NCBI GenBank assembly: GCA_051362555.1
Contig: CM120641.1
Coordinates: forward strand, 46,878,401-46,942,400
Direction: 5' to 3'
Length of the DNA: 64,000 nt
Origin: Lingula anatina
Taxonomy: Eukaryota > Animalia > Brachiopoda
A model generated the notes under the pieces. The model did no database searches. It saw only the letters and a list, made by a program, of their open reading frames with translations, and had not been told where the DNA came from. The position numbers and the translations under genes were made by a program. Numbering within the stretch: position 1 is the first letter of the stretch; each line of letters opens with the position of its first letter. This document shows, piece after piece, positions 28,085 to 42,143 of the stretch.

Positions 28085-31000
28085 TACTCACCTCCAGGTC
28101 TACAAGCGTAACCGTCTCCCTCATAGCCCTGCCTACATATACATCTATATGCTCCAGTGGAAGACTCATACAGGCAGTCAGCATTAGGGTCACAGTTGTT
28201 GACTTGATTGCATGGCATAACTAGAAATTGAACAAAATAAAATATGAGCCAGATATGAGAAAATATATCAAAATAAAATAAAGATTAAATAAAATTCAGC
28301 TAACCATGTAAACTAGTTAACTCATGACATGGTATAATTATATAATTATAATCATAATTATAATTATAAATATTAACTTGTGTAAATAAACAGTAGTTCC
28401 ATACAGACTCGGTAAGCATTTTAATGTAAGTAAAATGGTATTGAATCAAAAAATTTAACAAACATATGAATGAAAATGAAAAATTATTATATATTAAAAC
28501 TGTATTGCTGTGATAGATGTGGCATTTTAAAATTTTAACCCCCTCCACACACAGGCTCAAGCAAACATGCACACACACACTCACCAGATGGCGTGCAAGT
28601 GCGACCATTTCCTGTGTATCCCTCCCTACACTGACAGACATAACGGCGTAGAATGGCGTCTGGCACACACTGTGCGTTGCGATCACAAATATCAATCACA
28701 TTACACTGCTCTGGGGTACATGTATAGCCATCCCCTGAAAATACATACACACATACAGGATCCTACTCAGATTCCATTTACTGATCTCCAAAAAAATATG
28801 AAAAAGACACCATTATTGCATAAATGGCAACTGAAACATTCACATAACTGTTATCTTTGGTAAAAATGAGCTAATTGATTTAAATAATAATGACTGTACA
28901 ATTTACCCATTCAGAAAGTTTTAATGTATAGTAATATATAAAATATAAAACTTTCCCATGAAGCAATAAGTTTTTATCAACAGCACATACACAGATATAC
29001 ATAAAAATTTATTATATATTGAAGCCCATGTCAGTTCAAGGAAGCACTCAATTTTACTTAAATTTTAAAAAGAACACATTTATAATCATATTAAAAGGTT
29101 TATTAATTAATAAACTAATAAACAAAAAAAAAAAAAGTATTAGATATAATTTCAACAATAACACAAAAATTTCCAATATCCCCTTTGATTTTACCTCCAT
29201 AACCCAGAGCACAGCGACACTGGTACGATCCACCGCCCACATCAATACATCTGGCGTTTGGGTGACAGTTACTGAGGACACTGCAGTCATTGGCCTGTTG
29301 ACATGTCTGACCATCACCACGGTAACCAGAGTTGCAGCGACACTGATACCGGCCATTTTCGTAGAGGCACTGAGCGTTCACATCACAGTTGTTGACAACA
29401 CTGCAATCGTTGCTTGGTAGACAGCGCTGTCCATCGCCATAGTAACCTTGGTTACAGCGACACTGATACACGCCCTCGACAGGTACACATTGTGCGTTAA
29501 TGTCACAATTGTTGACCACATTGCAACCAATCTCTGAAAAGGAAAGCATTCAGTTTGTGTTGGGTGTCTTTCTTAACCATTTAGGTATAAACTGCATCAC
29601 ATTATGTTAATGTCTTGGGCTTTGTTCAGTAAGAAAATGTGAGAAGCAGAAAAAATATGAGCTAAAAATTATTTGAAAAAACTATGAAAGAGTCACTAAG
29701 CCAGCCAATGTCATCTGCTGTGAATACAACTGACACATATGTTAGCCCTTACTTATCAAAAATTTAAAAAAACATTTCATTTATTAGAGATGAAAGTGGA
29801 TCTTTTCAAGGCACACAGCTATAAATGGAGTTTGGAGAACATAAATACAACATCCCATGAATTCTGGTATAAATCTGTAAGACTTCTATCTCTCATCCAT
29901 TCATTCTTCTAATGTCTACAATCCTTACCATACTGAATCCTAGTACAGTCTTTTCCATCTCCTGTGTACCCTTCGTGGCATTGACAGCGGTGGAACAATC
30001 CACTCACGTCAAAGATACACTGGGCATGGACGTGACAGTTCTGACAGTTGATTTCCGCTGAAGAACAACAATTAAATTAATTGATTAATTAAATTTATTA
30101 ATTAATTAAATTAATTAAATTAATTAAATTAAATTAAATTAACAGAGGTCCCCATACACATTCTACAAGTCTTAGTTACATATATGGCATTTTCAGGCTT
30201 TAAGATTATTTTTTTGATTTTAGCAGGGAGGCACTTGATTGCAGCTCCTCTCTCCAGGCAATCTCCACGTAATCCCACAGATCAGTCAGTGAGCAAGGAG
30301 ATCAGTTCACAGGATTTACATAGCAGGGTATAGCAAAAATGTACCTACTCCCTTTAACTTAAGTTATAACTTAAGTGTTTTATTGTTAAAACCTTCTGGA
30401 ACAAGGCCTAAATTTGATAAGTCTATTTTAATTGGGAATCTAAGATTCTGCATTTTAAGGTGCATATCATCTTTTGTATTTTGAACATATGTACTTTCGA
30501 TGGCATGTCTGAATTACATCTAAAACCATCTGTGCGTACTTCAGTTGTACCAGACAAATCAAATAAAATAAATATAAGAAACCAGCATGTCATAAGCTCT
30601 TGGACAAATTGGTAAAAAAGCAAATTATTTCAAAAGCCAACAAAAGCAGTTTTGTTTTGGTTTGAGTGCACAAAATAAGCATTTGTTACCATTTTTAAAA
30701 CAAAGACTGAAAAGCTTATGCTTCCACATCTTTTCAAATATCTGGACAAAAACCTGTATCATGCACAAATAATGGCTATTTTAACATAAAACTATCATGA
30801 TGCAAATTCTTTCAACTGAATAAATTTCACATAATTTAAATAGTGTTCAAACTGATAGTGTAAGTTCAGCACTGCTACCACTAAACCCTCTTTTCAAGAG
30901 ACAAACTTATAATTCAAAAATATCATAAAAACATTTCATAATAAATAGACTCTTCTTTACTACCAAAAAAAAAATACAACATGATTTTGGTTTAGTTAAA

Positions 31001-34000
31001 TATTGCAGACTTCGGAATGTTTCTCATTTCTATTTACCACTACTTACGTTGCTCAGTGCCAGAACACGACAACCCATCACCACTAAATCCATCGTTACAT
31101 TCACACTGGTAAGAATTTGTGTCTTGGTCAAGCACACACTCTGCGTTTGCGTCACAGTTGTTAACCTCATTACAGCTGAACTCTGTAGCAAGCACACACA
31201 TGTTATATGCAAGAATTCTGGGTAAACTTGACAACTATAAGCTCTATGGTTAACCAGGCCAAATAACCAGTCAATTTCATATTTGGACTGCACAGCTTTC
31301 TGTCAAATCTGACTGTGGCAATTGCATTACATGTTAATATTGAAAAACAAAGATTTTGATTTTGAATATAGCAAAATTTACAGTTCCCAAAATACATAAT
31401 TTATTCTTTTCAATGCTTAATTCAAATAAATGACAGAATCAAGGAATCATTAGTGAATTTGACTGATTAAATTGGCCAAGTCAAAGCAAGGAACTGAAAC
31501 AATAAAAGCCTAATTAATTGAAAATATAACAAACACAACAAAGACAGCAGTCACTGCTTAGCTAAAACTGAAAACATACTGAACTACACATTGGCAGATC
31601 CAGGATTATCTGGGGGGGGGGGGGGGATTCAATTTTTTCTGTGAAATGGGAGGAAAATATGAAATAGTATAATTTTAATACAATATGCCTGGCAGAGGGG
31701 TGAACAAATTGCTTGGTATTGTCTTGTGTTTCATGTGAGGGAGAAAGGCTAAGGAGGAAGAGCACTATTCCCACTGGATCTGCCATTGCTAAACTGCATC
31801 AAATATTTGTTCTACAAATACAACTAATTCCCGGCATTTTTCTAATGGTCTTCTGAAAAGGTCTACAATTGCCTATTGATGATTTCATCTAATATCAAAT
31901 TCTGCAAAACAAAATTCAACAGATAATTTATATGTAAATAAAAACATAAATGGAAACTAGGATGAGCTAGGTTCTTTTAACACACTTCCTGATAACAAAA
32001 TAAAACAAAATGCCTATAGCGATGAAAAGAAATCTCAAATTATTCAGGTCTTATAAATGGATTAAGCATTTGCAAACTTGAGCCTCAGATTTGTGAGCAC
32101 AAATACCCAAATTAAAAACTCCAGCCACAAATTACGTAAGAACCCCAACATAAAATTAGTAGCCACGAGCACAGCGATAGGACCCATTAACTATAAATTC
32201 AGTGTTTGTGTGGCACAAATTTTATGTGGATGTACTTAATTTCTGTCTCCAGTCATTTGCGGTCCTAAATCTAAGGCTTATGTTAGCAAGTAGCAATTAT
32301 CATTTATGAGACCTGTTATCTAAGAACACTTAAACTGTGATGCAAAAACACAAATAAAACAATACAAAATACAATATCAGACAAACATTTGTAAACTACA
32401 CAAACAGTGCATTAGTTACTCTTTTGCAACAATTAAGCATGTTATATAATAAATATAACTACAGACATAAAGGTTATGTTAAGGATGGTAATCATCAAGC
32501 TATTTGTGCCTTGATCAAGTGTGTTAGGTGTGACAATGTTATATTATACATAATGTGTCAGTGCAGCAACAACAGAAATGACAGTAACATAAATGTATTT
32601 GGTAGGTATAGAAAAATCAGATATAAGTGTACTTTGTAAGGTGTATTAATTAGGCTTGGTGGTTGTGGTGAATGTATTAGTTGTGACATCACAGATGTGC
32701 TTGGATGTGATATTATTTCTGGAGTGCCATATCTTACCAATGCGGGTGCATTGAACTCCTGTGCCAGAGAAACCAGAGGTACATTCACACTTGGGTGCGC
32801 CAAGATCACTGTCGTACACACAGCGTGCATTGGGATCACAGCGGTAAGCACCACACGTCAACACATCTCCTGAACCAAAAATAGCGACATCATGCATTGT
32901 TGGGGAATGGAGAGGATGGGGTATGAACACTGCAGACCCGTGATAGATTGACAGAGCAATCTTTTTTTAATTTTCTTATTTTTTTTTAAGCTGAAGATAA
33001 GTAGCACTGGGATTACATCAGTTTTCATTAAAGTATTCATGAAAAGTAAAAGGCATTTTTTATTTGTAGACCTTCAAATGAAGCACCCCTTTTTATAATA
33101 ATGTCTTGGTTTGGATCTGCAGTGCCAGTGAGGTACAACACAACAAAAGCAGTGTTAATGCCAGATTGTGAAATATTTTGAAGAAAATCAATTCTGTAAT
33201 TCATCAAAATAAAAACAAATTGGTGCTGAAAAGACAAAGGTTCTGTTCATCTTTGCATGAAATAAAATAGCATTTCACATAACAATAAATAAATAAAATA
33301 ATAATAGACAGTTTTCCTTCATTAAGTTGTCCAAAAGACCAATACATTGAACAGTGTGCTTGCTTTTATGATAATTCAGCATGTAAGCAGTTACCATGGT
33401 AACTTCTTGCCAAGCATCCTTAGTAATGCAATGGGGCATAAGTAACTGAAGCAAAATATAGACATAAATCAAATCTCAAACAGCACTGATTATATATATA
33501 TATATAATGTTTCCAGTAACATAAGCAACATAAATGCTGAAATATTGACTGTAAAGCCTTTTTGAAGCCATGTAAAAATTGCTGCATTTACAAAACAAAA
33601 GTAAATAAATGTGTACGTGGTTGGTTGGGTATTGAGAAGTTAATTTAAAAGATGAAATTTAATTTGGTAGCTAAGACACTGAATTATCTATCTGTGTGTG
33701 TGTGTGTTCCGTATGTGTGTGTGTGCACGCACGTGTAATTGTGTGTGGGTGTGCGCGCATGCAAGTGTGTGCTATATGGGGCGTAGAGATAATTATGACT
33801 GTGGATCCAATTTTCCACAATATCTTTAGTCAGGGGGGCAATCATGCACCCAGTTCTGTCTGTGGCATCCTTCTGTACGTCTTCTCACTCACTTTGACAG
33901 TTTCTTCCGTCGCCCACATAACCAGCCTCACAGCGACATTCATGACCTCCGTCAGTGTTGTAGCAGCGAGCATTAGGATGACAGGTGTCTCTGCCTGTGG

Positions 34001-37000
34001 CACACTCATCTATATCTGAAATACATAATAGATATTCTTATACACTATCATCTATATCTGAAATACACAATAGATATTCTTTTACATACTCATCTATATC
34101 TGAAATATACAGCAGATATTATTTAACACTCCAGTGCTGATAAATAATTATGTTCAGTAAACCTGATAAATTATGACTACAGGCATGTAATCAAAAGTAT
34201 AATCTCAATATGTATCGAACCATTGCATGTTAATTGTAAAAGAGCAAAATGTTGTAATCTGACTTCTAAAAATTGATTTAAGTTTAAAATTTTTGTGCAA
34301 CTGAATGAATTTTCAAATAAACAGAAAAAAGCTTACCTTCACATGTAATTCCGTTGCCTTGGTAACCATTCTTACACCTGCACTGGTACTGCTGTCCCAC
34401 GGGAGTACAAGCTGCGTTCTCGTCACATATCTGACCACTTGAGACACAGGGGTCACTAGCTATTAGATAACATGATTTTTTTTTATTATTTAGAGTCCAT
34501 ATATTATTGAAAATTAGTCTGGGATCACTCCTTGAAACATGGCGTGGTGGAAAAATACACAAAGGTCAATAATTTGATTTAAAAGACTACATTACAGTTT
34601 GTGTAACAGTTCAAGATTTTATGATCTTTTCTATTATTTTTTGATGCTAAAAGACTGAAGTAATTTTTTTAATTTTAATATATTATAGTTCAAAAAGTTC
34701 CAAAATTTAGGTTGTTGCAATTATTTTTTACATAACAATAAAAAACCAAGTACTAGTATTTCTGTTTACTCACAAGCCATGGGTGACACTCTGTTGGTCA
34801 GGGCATATCTCACAATCATTTCTTTAGGGTCGTAGACAACAAAGTTTCTGGACACCCCCAGTTTCATGGAGTCTGTATCCTGAGGTTCGTATTCGCAGGC
34901 TTCATACACTACATTCTGGTCCACACTGTAGCGGTACGCCACCCCATCCAGCCTGTATACACGGTCTGAGTAGGAACGCATCTGGCCTGAAATGAATTAC
35001 AAATCATGTCCACTAATCAGAAATATATGCACATAGACGTCTGGTGTGGTACAGTACTTTTTTTCTCACTTTGACAGAAACAGATGTGTTAGGTGTGACT
35101 TTTACACATAATTGCATTTAGAACAACGGTATGTTGGTTGCAATATTGCGTTAGGTGTGATAGCAATTGGCAGTGTATCCTATGCACTACCTGTAGAAAT
35201 TCTTCTAAACTCTTCATTATAGTCATCAATGGTGACTTTTTGGCCTTCCTGTATTTCTGGGATGGTGCCATTGATGTAGGTTTGCATCTGCATGTAGTTC
35301 AGAGCATTGTGACCCTCAAAGTGTTGGCGGACTGTTAACACATCGCCTGTGCTCTGGAAACGGACTGTGACTGTCCTGTTCATGCGGCCCCCTGGTGAGT
35401 AAAAAAGTAAATATGATTCTCAATCAGCACAGAGTCCAAGAAATATTTACACATATGCAATAACTACATGCATCTTTCAGTTTGAGAGAAAACAAAATAT
35501 TTAACATGGCATAAATTAAAATAAGGGTAACAGAGGCACAGAATACTGGGTGATCTGGTTCATTCAATGATTTAGTGTTTGTGATTTTTTTCAAATATTT
35601 ACGTACAGTGAATGATATATAATTTGAGGATGTAGGCACAGTCCCTTGGCCCAAACCGTAATGAAAATTTATAATAGTTCATTAAAAATTGCAAATAATA
35701 CATTGGAAACTGTTAAGAACAAGAATGCTTTGGGGTAGATCATTTAAATTTTAGTCAGATCTTTTTATTACCTAAAATGATCTGAATTTTCTACTAAACA
35801 TGTGCTCAGTGATTTCGTAGATTATATGCAATGGCAAACTTTTGCATTTCTATCTTCAACGACATTGTATCACCAGCTTACCTGCCACCATATACCCATT
35901 CTTAGATCCTGGTCTTTCTGGTTTGGCAAACAGCCACCCCAGTATACCGCCCACTGGAGCCAAACTCTGCATACTGTAGCCGATACTAGGTGGAATACGA
36001 CTGACAGCCGTGTACGCTCTGCCGTCTGAGGTCACAATGTACGAGTGGAGGTCAGTTGGACCGACCTGCTGACCATTGATTGTACCTGTCACTATGCCAT
36101 TAACTCTCTGTGGGACACCTGGCAAGGATAATCATCACATATGAAATAATTACAATTAATGAACATTCTGTTTAAGTTTAGAGTCTATTTTCTTAAAATA
36201 AATAGATTTTAATGAAGTTGATCTGTTGAAAAATTAATTTGTATGTCATTTAATACCTTAATCCAAAAAAAAAAAAAAATAATAATAATAAATAAAATAA
36301 ATAAATAAAAGAATTAGACCAGGTACATTGCATAGGTATAACCCACCTGGTTCCAGACAATCTTTCCCGTTGCCAAAGAATGGAGCCACACACTTGCAGC
36401 AGAAGCCAGGGTTGTAGTCTATACACTGTGCATCACTGTGACAGGTACTGGCCTGGCTGGCACAGGTGTTATCTGCCTTGTCTCCTTTATCTGTAGATAT
36501 AGATATATCCAAATTAATCATATGAGTTTTTTAGTAAAAAATATCTCAAGTTTCTAATGATAATGTTACAGTTTAATTGACAATAAATATGGCATATCAA
36601 GTATATGTATTTTCAAGATTGGATGATCACACTGCTTCCATGAAACACGATAGGTATTATTCTTCTCTTAATTCATTTGCATGTAAATTAATGCCATCAA
36701 ATGAGAATTTACAATCTCCACCTCCACACACACTCATGCATATGCACGCATTCTCTCTCACACACACACAGTCTGACACAGATGATCGGGGCACACATGA
36801 ACACGGACACATACATGCAGGTACTGGGGACAGACAGACACACAGACAGACACATTCTCATGAACACATACACACACACACATGTACAGAAGTACTAGGA
36901 ACACGTACACGCACGCACGCGCATGCAAACACTTACCCTGTCCAGAGTTGGCATCTGCAGCCTTGACATTATCACCATTAGTAAACCCTATGTGGAACAT

Positions 37001-38900
37001 CCATACCCCAGGGCTATTCACATTAGACCAGCTGTGGAGACAAGAGAAAAATACTTGTCAACTCAGGGAAAAGAAGTATAACACAGACAAAGGCATTGGT
37101 TTTAAAAAGGAAACATCTATTCAAGTTACCAGAAGTATTTTCTCAAAATAAAAAGCAATTCACAAGTAATTATGATAAAACCTGCCATACCTAATTAGCA
37201 TCAGAATTTAAAAGAAACATATAATTTGAATGGGGGGTTATAATGATGGGAAATGATCTTGTAATTGCATTATAACACCTCTTTGAAAAGATGATGGAAA
37301 AGCACCAATAAAACGTTGTGAAGAGCATTTTCACTTGTTCCACTGCTGAAGACAATATTGTTTCACTAAATGGTCAATTAATGCAATTTTACATGCTAAA
37401 TATAAATAATACAAAATCGTTCCATTATTACGTCAAATTGTTATACACAAAGATCGCATTCACAACGAGTTGAGCCAGGCTTTACAAATCCTGGGGACTA
37501 AATATGGTGGACGTACATGAAAGAAAAACCGCCTAATCTTTTAATAGTCTCTCCGCCTCTCACACGCCTCCCCATGTGTCGTCCCAATGGAGCCGAGATT
37601 AAATGACTGTCTCCCGCAGGGACGACGTGTGGGGAGGTGTGTGAGAGGCGGAGAGACTATTAAAAGATTAGGCGATTTTTCTTTCATGTACGACCGCCAT
37701 ATTTAGTCCCCAAATTTGTAAAGCCTGGCTCAACGCGTTGTGAATGCGATCAAATACTCACAGAGCAAAGTTGGTGGCGCCCTTGGTGGCAGACCCAGGC
37801 AGTGTCAGTCCTCTTCTCTTGTCTCCAGCGTCAAACCCGGCCTGGGCAGGCACATCTGGGGCCAGGGGAGCGTTCTTGCCCCAACTCTGGATCCAGTTGA
37901 TGTCAACATAATGGAAGAGAGCAAAAGTATCTCTCCCATCTGTGGCTAACACAACCTGAAATGTGTTCACCTGAAAGAAACAAACACGATGTGTTAGTTG
38001 TGACAGATGCGTTAGGTGTCACCTGATTTGATGGACTGATTCTGCTATTATAAAATCAATCTGTGCATTGTGTACTAAGACGAAGGTAATATGTTATTTG
38101 TTCTGACAGTTTCTTGAACATTCATGCTTAGCATTATGTCTGTGTCCTTCGCAAAACGGGTTACGTTCACCCGGAAAACATCGACAGAAAAAATGTTTTC
38201 CTGCGATTATTAAAGGAAGTGTGTTAGGTGAAACCCCAGTGATTGAGACGTGGATTGCGTTTGACGATCACAAGGAATTCTCAAGATCTTACCAAATCAT
38301 GCTGCCTGTCATAGTAACCAACTCTGTCCCACGTGGCGATGAAAAGCATTTTTGCTCTAAAGTTGTTGACATTTTTAAAGTGTTGTTGAATGGACCGCGA
38401 TGCCCTGTTTAGTAATTGCTGATTAGCTACTTCTTTTCTGAAAAGTAAATGAATAGGTAAATAAAAATAGTGTGAAATTGATATTTAGCACAGTTTTGTA
38501 GTATTTATGAGATGGTCGCACTATTGCAGAATATCTTTAATGCTAATGACTAAGTTCAATGGACAAAACTAAGCTTAAAGAAATATGCTTTGGTACAGTT
38601 CTTTATCTATCTAGCTACTTAGGTATTTTTTGGCATCCTACTCAATGAATTAAAATATCACCTTCTTAGATTTTAACAGAGACTAACCTATAGTAGATAT
38701 TGCCTGACTCATCAGTGGTTGTGTCTATGTCTGCCAAGAACACTGCTATCACTTCATAGCCTATCCGTGGCAGGATCAGGTCACTCTTGTGGCGTGGAAG
38801 CTCCGTCACAAAAGACAGGTGACCGTTACTATTTACCTGGAAAGAGAGAGTCCGTTTACTGACTATCATTGTTTTGTAGGTAAGAATGTAACCATTATAT

Positions 38901-38948
<48 letters not shown>

Positions 38949-41900
38949 ATGAAATAATCACTTAACAAAACACATTATGAAGCCATCAGAATAAACCGGG
39001 CTAACATTTAGATTTCACCCATTTTCGTGTTAAATCCACAAAAATCGACGCCCTGAACATTCTAGTTACATCACATTCACATTTCCACTTCAATTCTGTT
39101 TTTCACCACAAACTTTGTTTTTGATTGAGGGATGTTTTAATACCCGTTGTCAGGAACATTTGAACCCTTTTGAAGTACAAGCCAAGGGAGTTGCACCTCT
39201 GAACGTGCTTGATTTTTGATAAAAAGATATCACGAACTACAAAGGTCACAGAGACCCAGAGCACTCTATGAATAGAAGTGAATTAAGTTGCTTGCAAGAA
39301 TTTCTTATAAAACAGAACTGATTACAGCCACCAAGAACAAACCTGGGTGTACATTTATTCCTGTTTTCTTATGCGTTTCAAATCCTTATCCTTATATTCC
39401 TTACTCAGTTTTTAATTGAGATATTTTACAAATATACTGATGTTTCTTTTATCATTCCTGTGACCCATGTTGGGTTTATTTACGATGCCTAAAAAAAAAA
39501 CAACAAAAAACACTTTTTGTCTTGAAAACCCGTCCGCTAGTCTGGGACGATCATCATCCCCACAATGCGCCGGTCTGCGTTGAATCTTCTCCGATTCCTC
39601 ATCTCGAATCGATATTTTGGCTGGGATTATCCAAAGCAAAGAAAAGTAGCTTTATTTTATCAATGCAGAGATAAAACTTAGACCCTCAGAATTGTTTTGG
39701 TGGCTTTAATCTGTTAATGCACAAGAACATGATCTGGGGGCACAAAAATAAACCAGACAGAGTTGTAAAACTCCCCCAATCCCGTTGGCTCGTGGCCTGA
39801 TTTTTCTGCTCTTTTCCTTTATCTTATTTCTCGCTATTAAGACTGTTCGCCTTTTGCTCTCTATTATACAGCAGTTCTCACTACACAGTTATGCACGTAG
39901 AACCTTGTGCTCAGGGCCGATACTAGAAATCCACCAGCTGATAGTGCTGGTATACATTTTCAACTGCTGGCGGGCTAGTTGTAAGAAACAAGCCACGTTG
40001 TTTTAAACATTCGTGTCTGCAGGAGAGGATCACAGTCGGCGAAAACATAAAGCCAGTGATACTCGTGCCTGTTTAATCTGAACAGGTACTCTTTACAGAA
40101 TAATGGAAGCCCAAGACAGATTGGTATGCTAAAGAGAATTGGAAAAATATATTAAAATTACATTTTCTCGTTTTTGTATATAATTTCTTTCGAGTGAGAT
40201 TTATCAGCGTTCGCGGATTGATCTTGTTATTTTAATACAAGAGTATGAAAGTTAAAAAAATTGTCTTTGTCACGTACGCGTATCATTTCACACACATGTA
40301 AACGACAAGGGTTTATCCACAACTCCACATATGACAGCCGTATGCCCGTCTTCTAGTAAGGATGTACAGGCGCGACCAGATGGGAGAAAGGCCTCGAGCA
40401 GCAACGCGTCAAGATAGTTTATGTGCGCTTGAGATATAAAACAAAATCTTAAGCACGTACAATTGTTGAATTGAATTGTTCAGAGTGATTTTGATTCCTG
40501 TTTTTGCTATTTTTTATAATTTTTTCTTCACCGACCAAGACAGGATAGTGGAAACTGTCAAAAACTTCACCTGCGCCAGGATAAAAGTGTATTTCGGTGT
40601 TTTAGAAGTTAACGTTTATTCTGCCTGCACTGTAATATTGCGACTGAGCGGATAATTACGAGAATACGTACTAACATGGACTTTATCCCAGCATGTCTTC
40701 AGAGCGTTTCCTTTTTATTTATCAAAAACCACTCATGGGAGGAAGCAAGCGAAGTACAAGAGGAACAAGAAATTAAAGGGGGCGGGAAGATATAGCGATA
40801 TGATAAGAATTGACACCTGTGACAAGGCCAAAAAGTTTTATGGTTTCCTTCCCCGGGTTTTCTTTACTCAGTTGACAGCGACAGATATTTTCCTAACAAT
40901 TTTCAGACTTTGACTTTATGTAAAGGGTATATGGTATGGGTAATAACGAAATGAATGCAATTTTGATTAACTTGTCAATGAGAACTCAAAAATGCAAACG
41001 GAAGAATATAGAAATTTTACATAAAATATAACAATAAGTGAATCAACAGGTGCACAGATAAACAGCCTTGTCAGGTAACAGACATTATGACTACTAAAGT
41101 TTGTGTAGGCTACACATACCACCTGAGGTACACAGCCCATTATAATCATCACCATCACCACCATGTTATTCAACTAGTTCAAGCATACAGACTACGCCTT
41201 AGGGACTCTCACTGAATGCAATCAGATTGCAATCAAAACCCGCAGAGCTGGATCGATCTTCGTAGAACGGAAGTTTCATTGGGAATGGGCCCTTAAATAG
41301 ATATGAAGTTGTTTGCGCATTTTGTTAAAGGGACACAAGTCAAAATGTCTTAAAGAAAAGAAAGAGAGAAAGGGGTCTTCCCGACTTTATAGAAAACTAA
41401 ATTCATTTCCTTTAAATTTTCAAACCTTCAGTAACTGGAATTCAAAAGAAGGGGAGGATCTAAATGTTGCACAGAAAACAAAATGACTCCAAAGCCTGAG
41501 TACTCCCTGAGTACATCTGTATCAAGGTCTACCAGCTGGTTAGTATCCAGAAATACACCCTCCACCAGGGTCAGAGAGGAACATTTTCATTAGATATCCT
41601 AGGATACTTCTGCAGCAATTGTGTGCTGCCCAGAGAGAATTTTTGAAGAAATATATTTTCCAAATAAAGAAAATAAGAAGGAATTGATAGCTGAATTGGT
41701 TCCTTTAAGAGGAAATGTCCCCAAGATAATGATGGCCAGCCCTATGTTCTTTGACGGACGCAGTGGGTAGCACTAAAACGAGACAAAGTCCAGACATTCG
41801 GAAGTATTGGGTGCATTTTTAGGGTTAAGTCCTTACGAAACTTTTACACCAAATCCGGACATTAGTGTATAAGTCCATAATGGGGCTTGTGTTTTTCGTA

Positions 41901-42092
41901 GTAGAAAGGGCTGCAACATATAAGCTGCTATGTTGATAAATATTATGACAGTTACAGTATACTGATTCTGTGATCAGTGTTTCTGTCTGTCGACGTTTTG
42001 TTAATAACGACCAAGCGCAAATGTTATTAATGAAATGTTTTAACAAACTTACGTAAAATTTCCACAGGCTTTCCCATCTCTTTACATCCATA

Positions 42093-42143
<51 letters not shown>

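Noticed and set aside
28300-29420. Longer overlapping or antisense ORFs (131-133 aa) over nidogen, and similar ORFs over cadherin exons
   Set aside because: They are shadow frames of real exons plus AT-rich intron read-through, with no independent coding signal.
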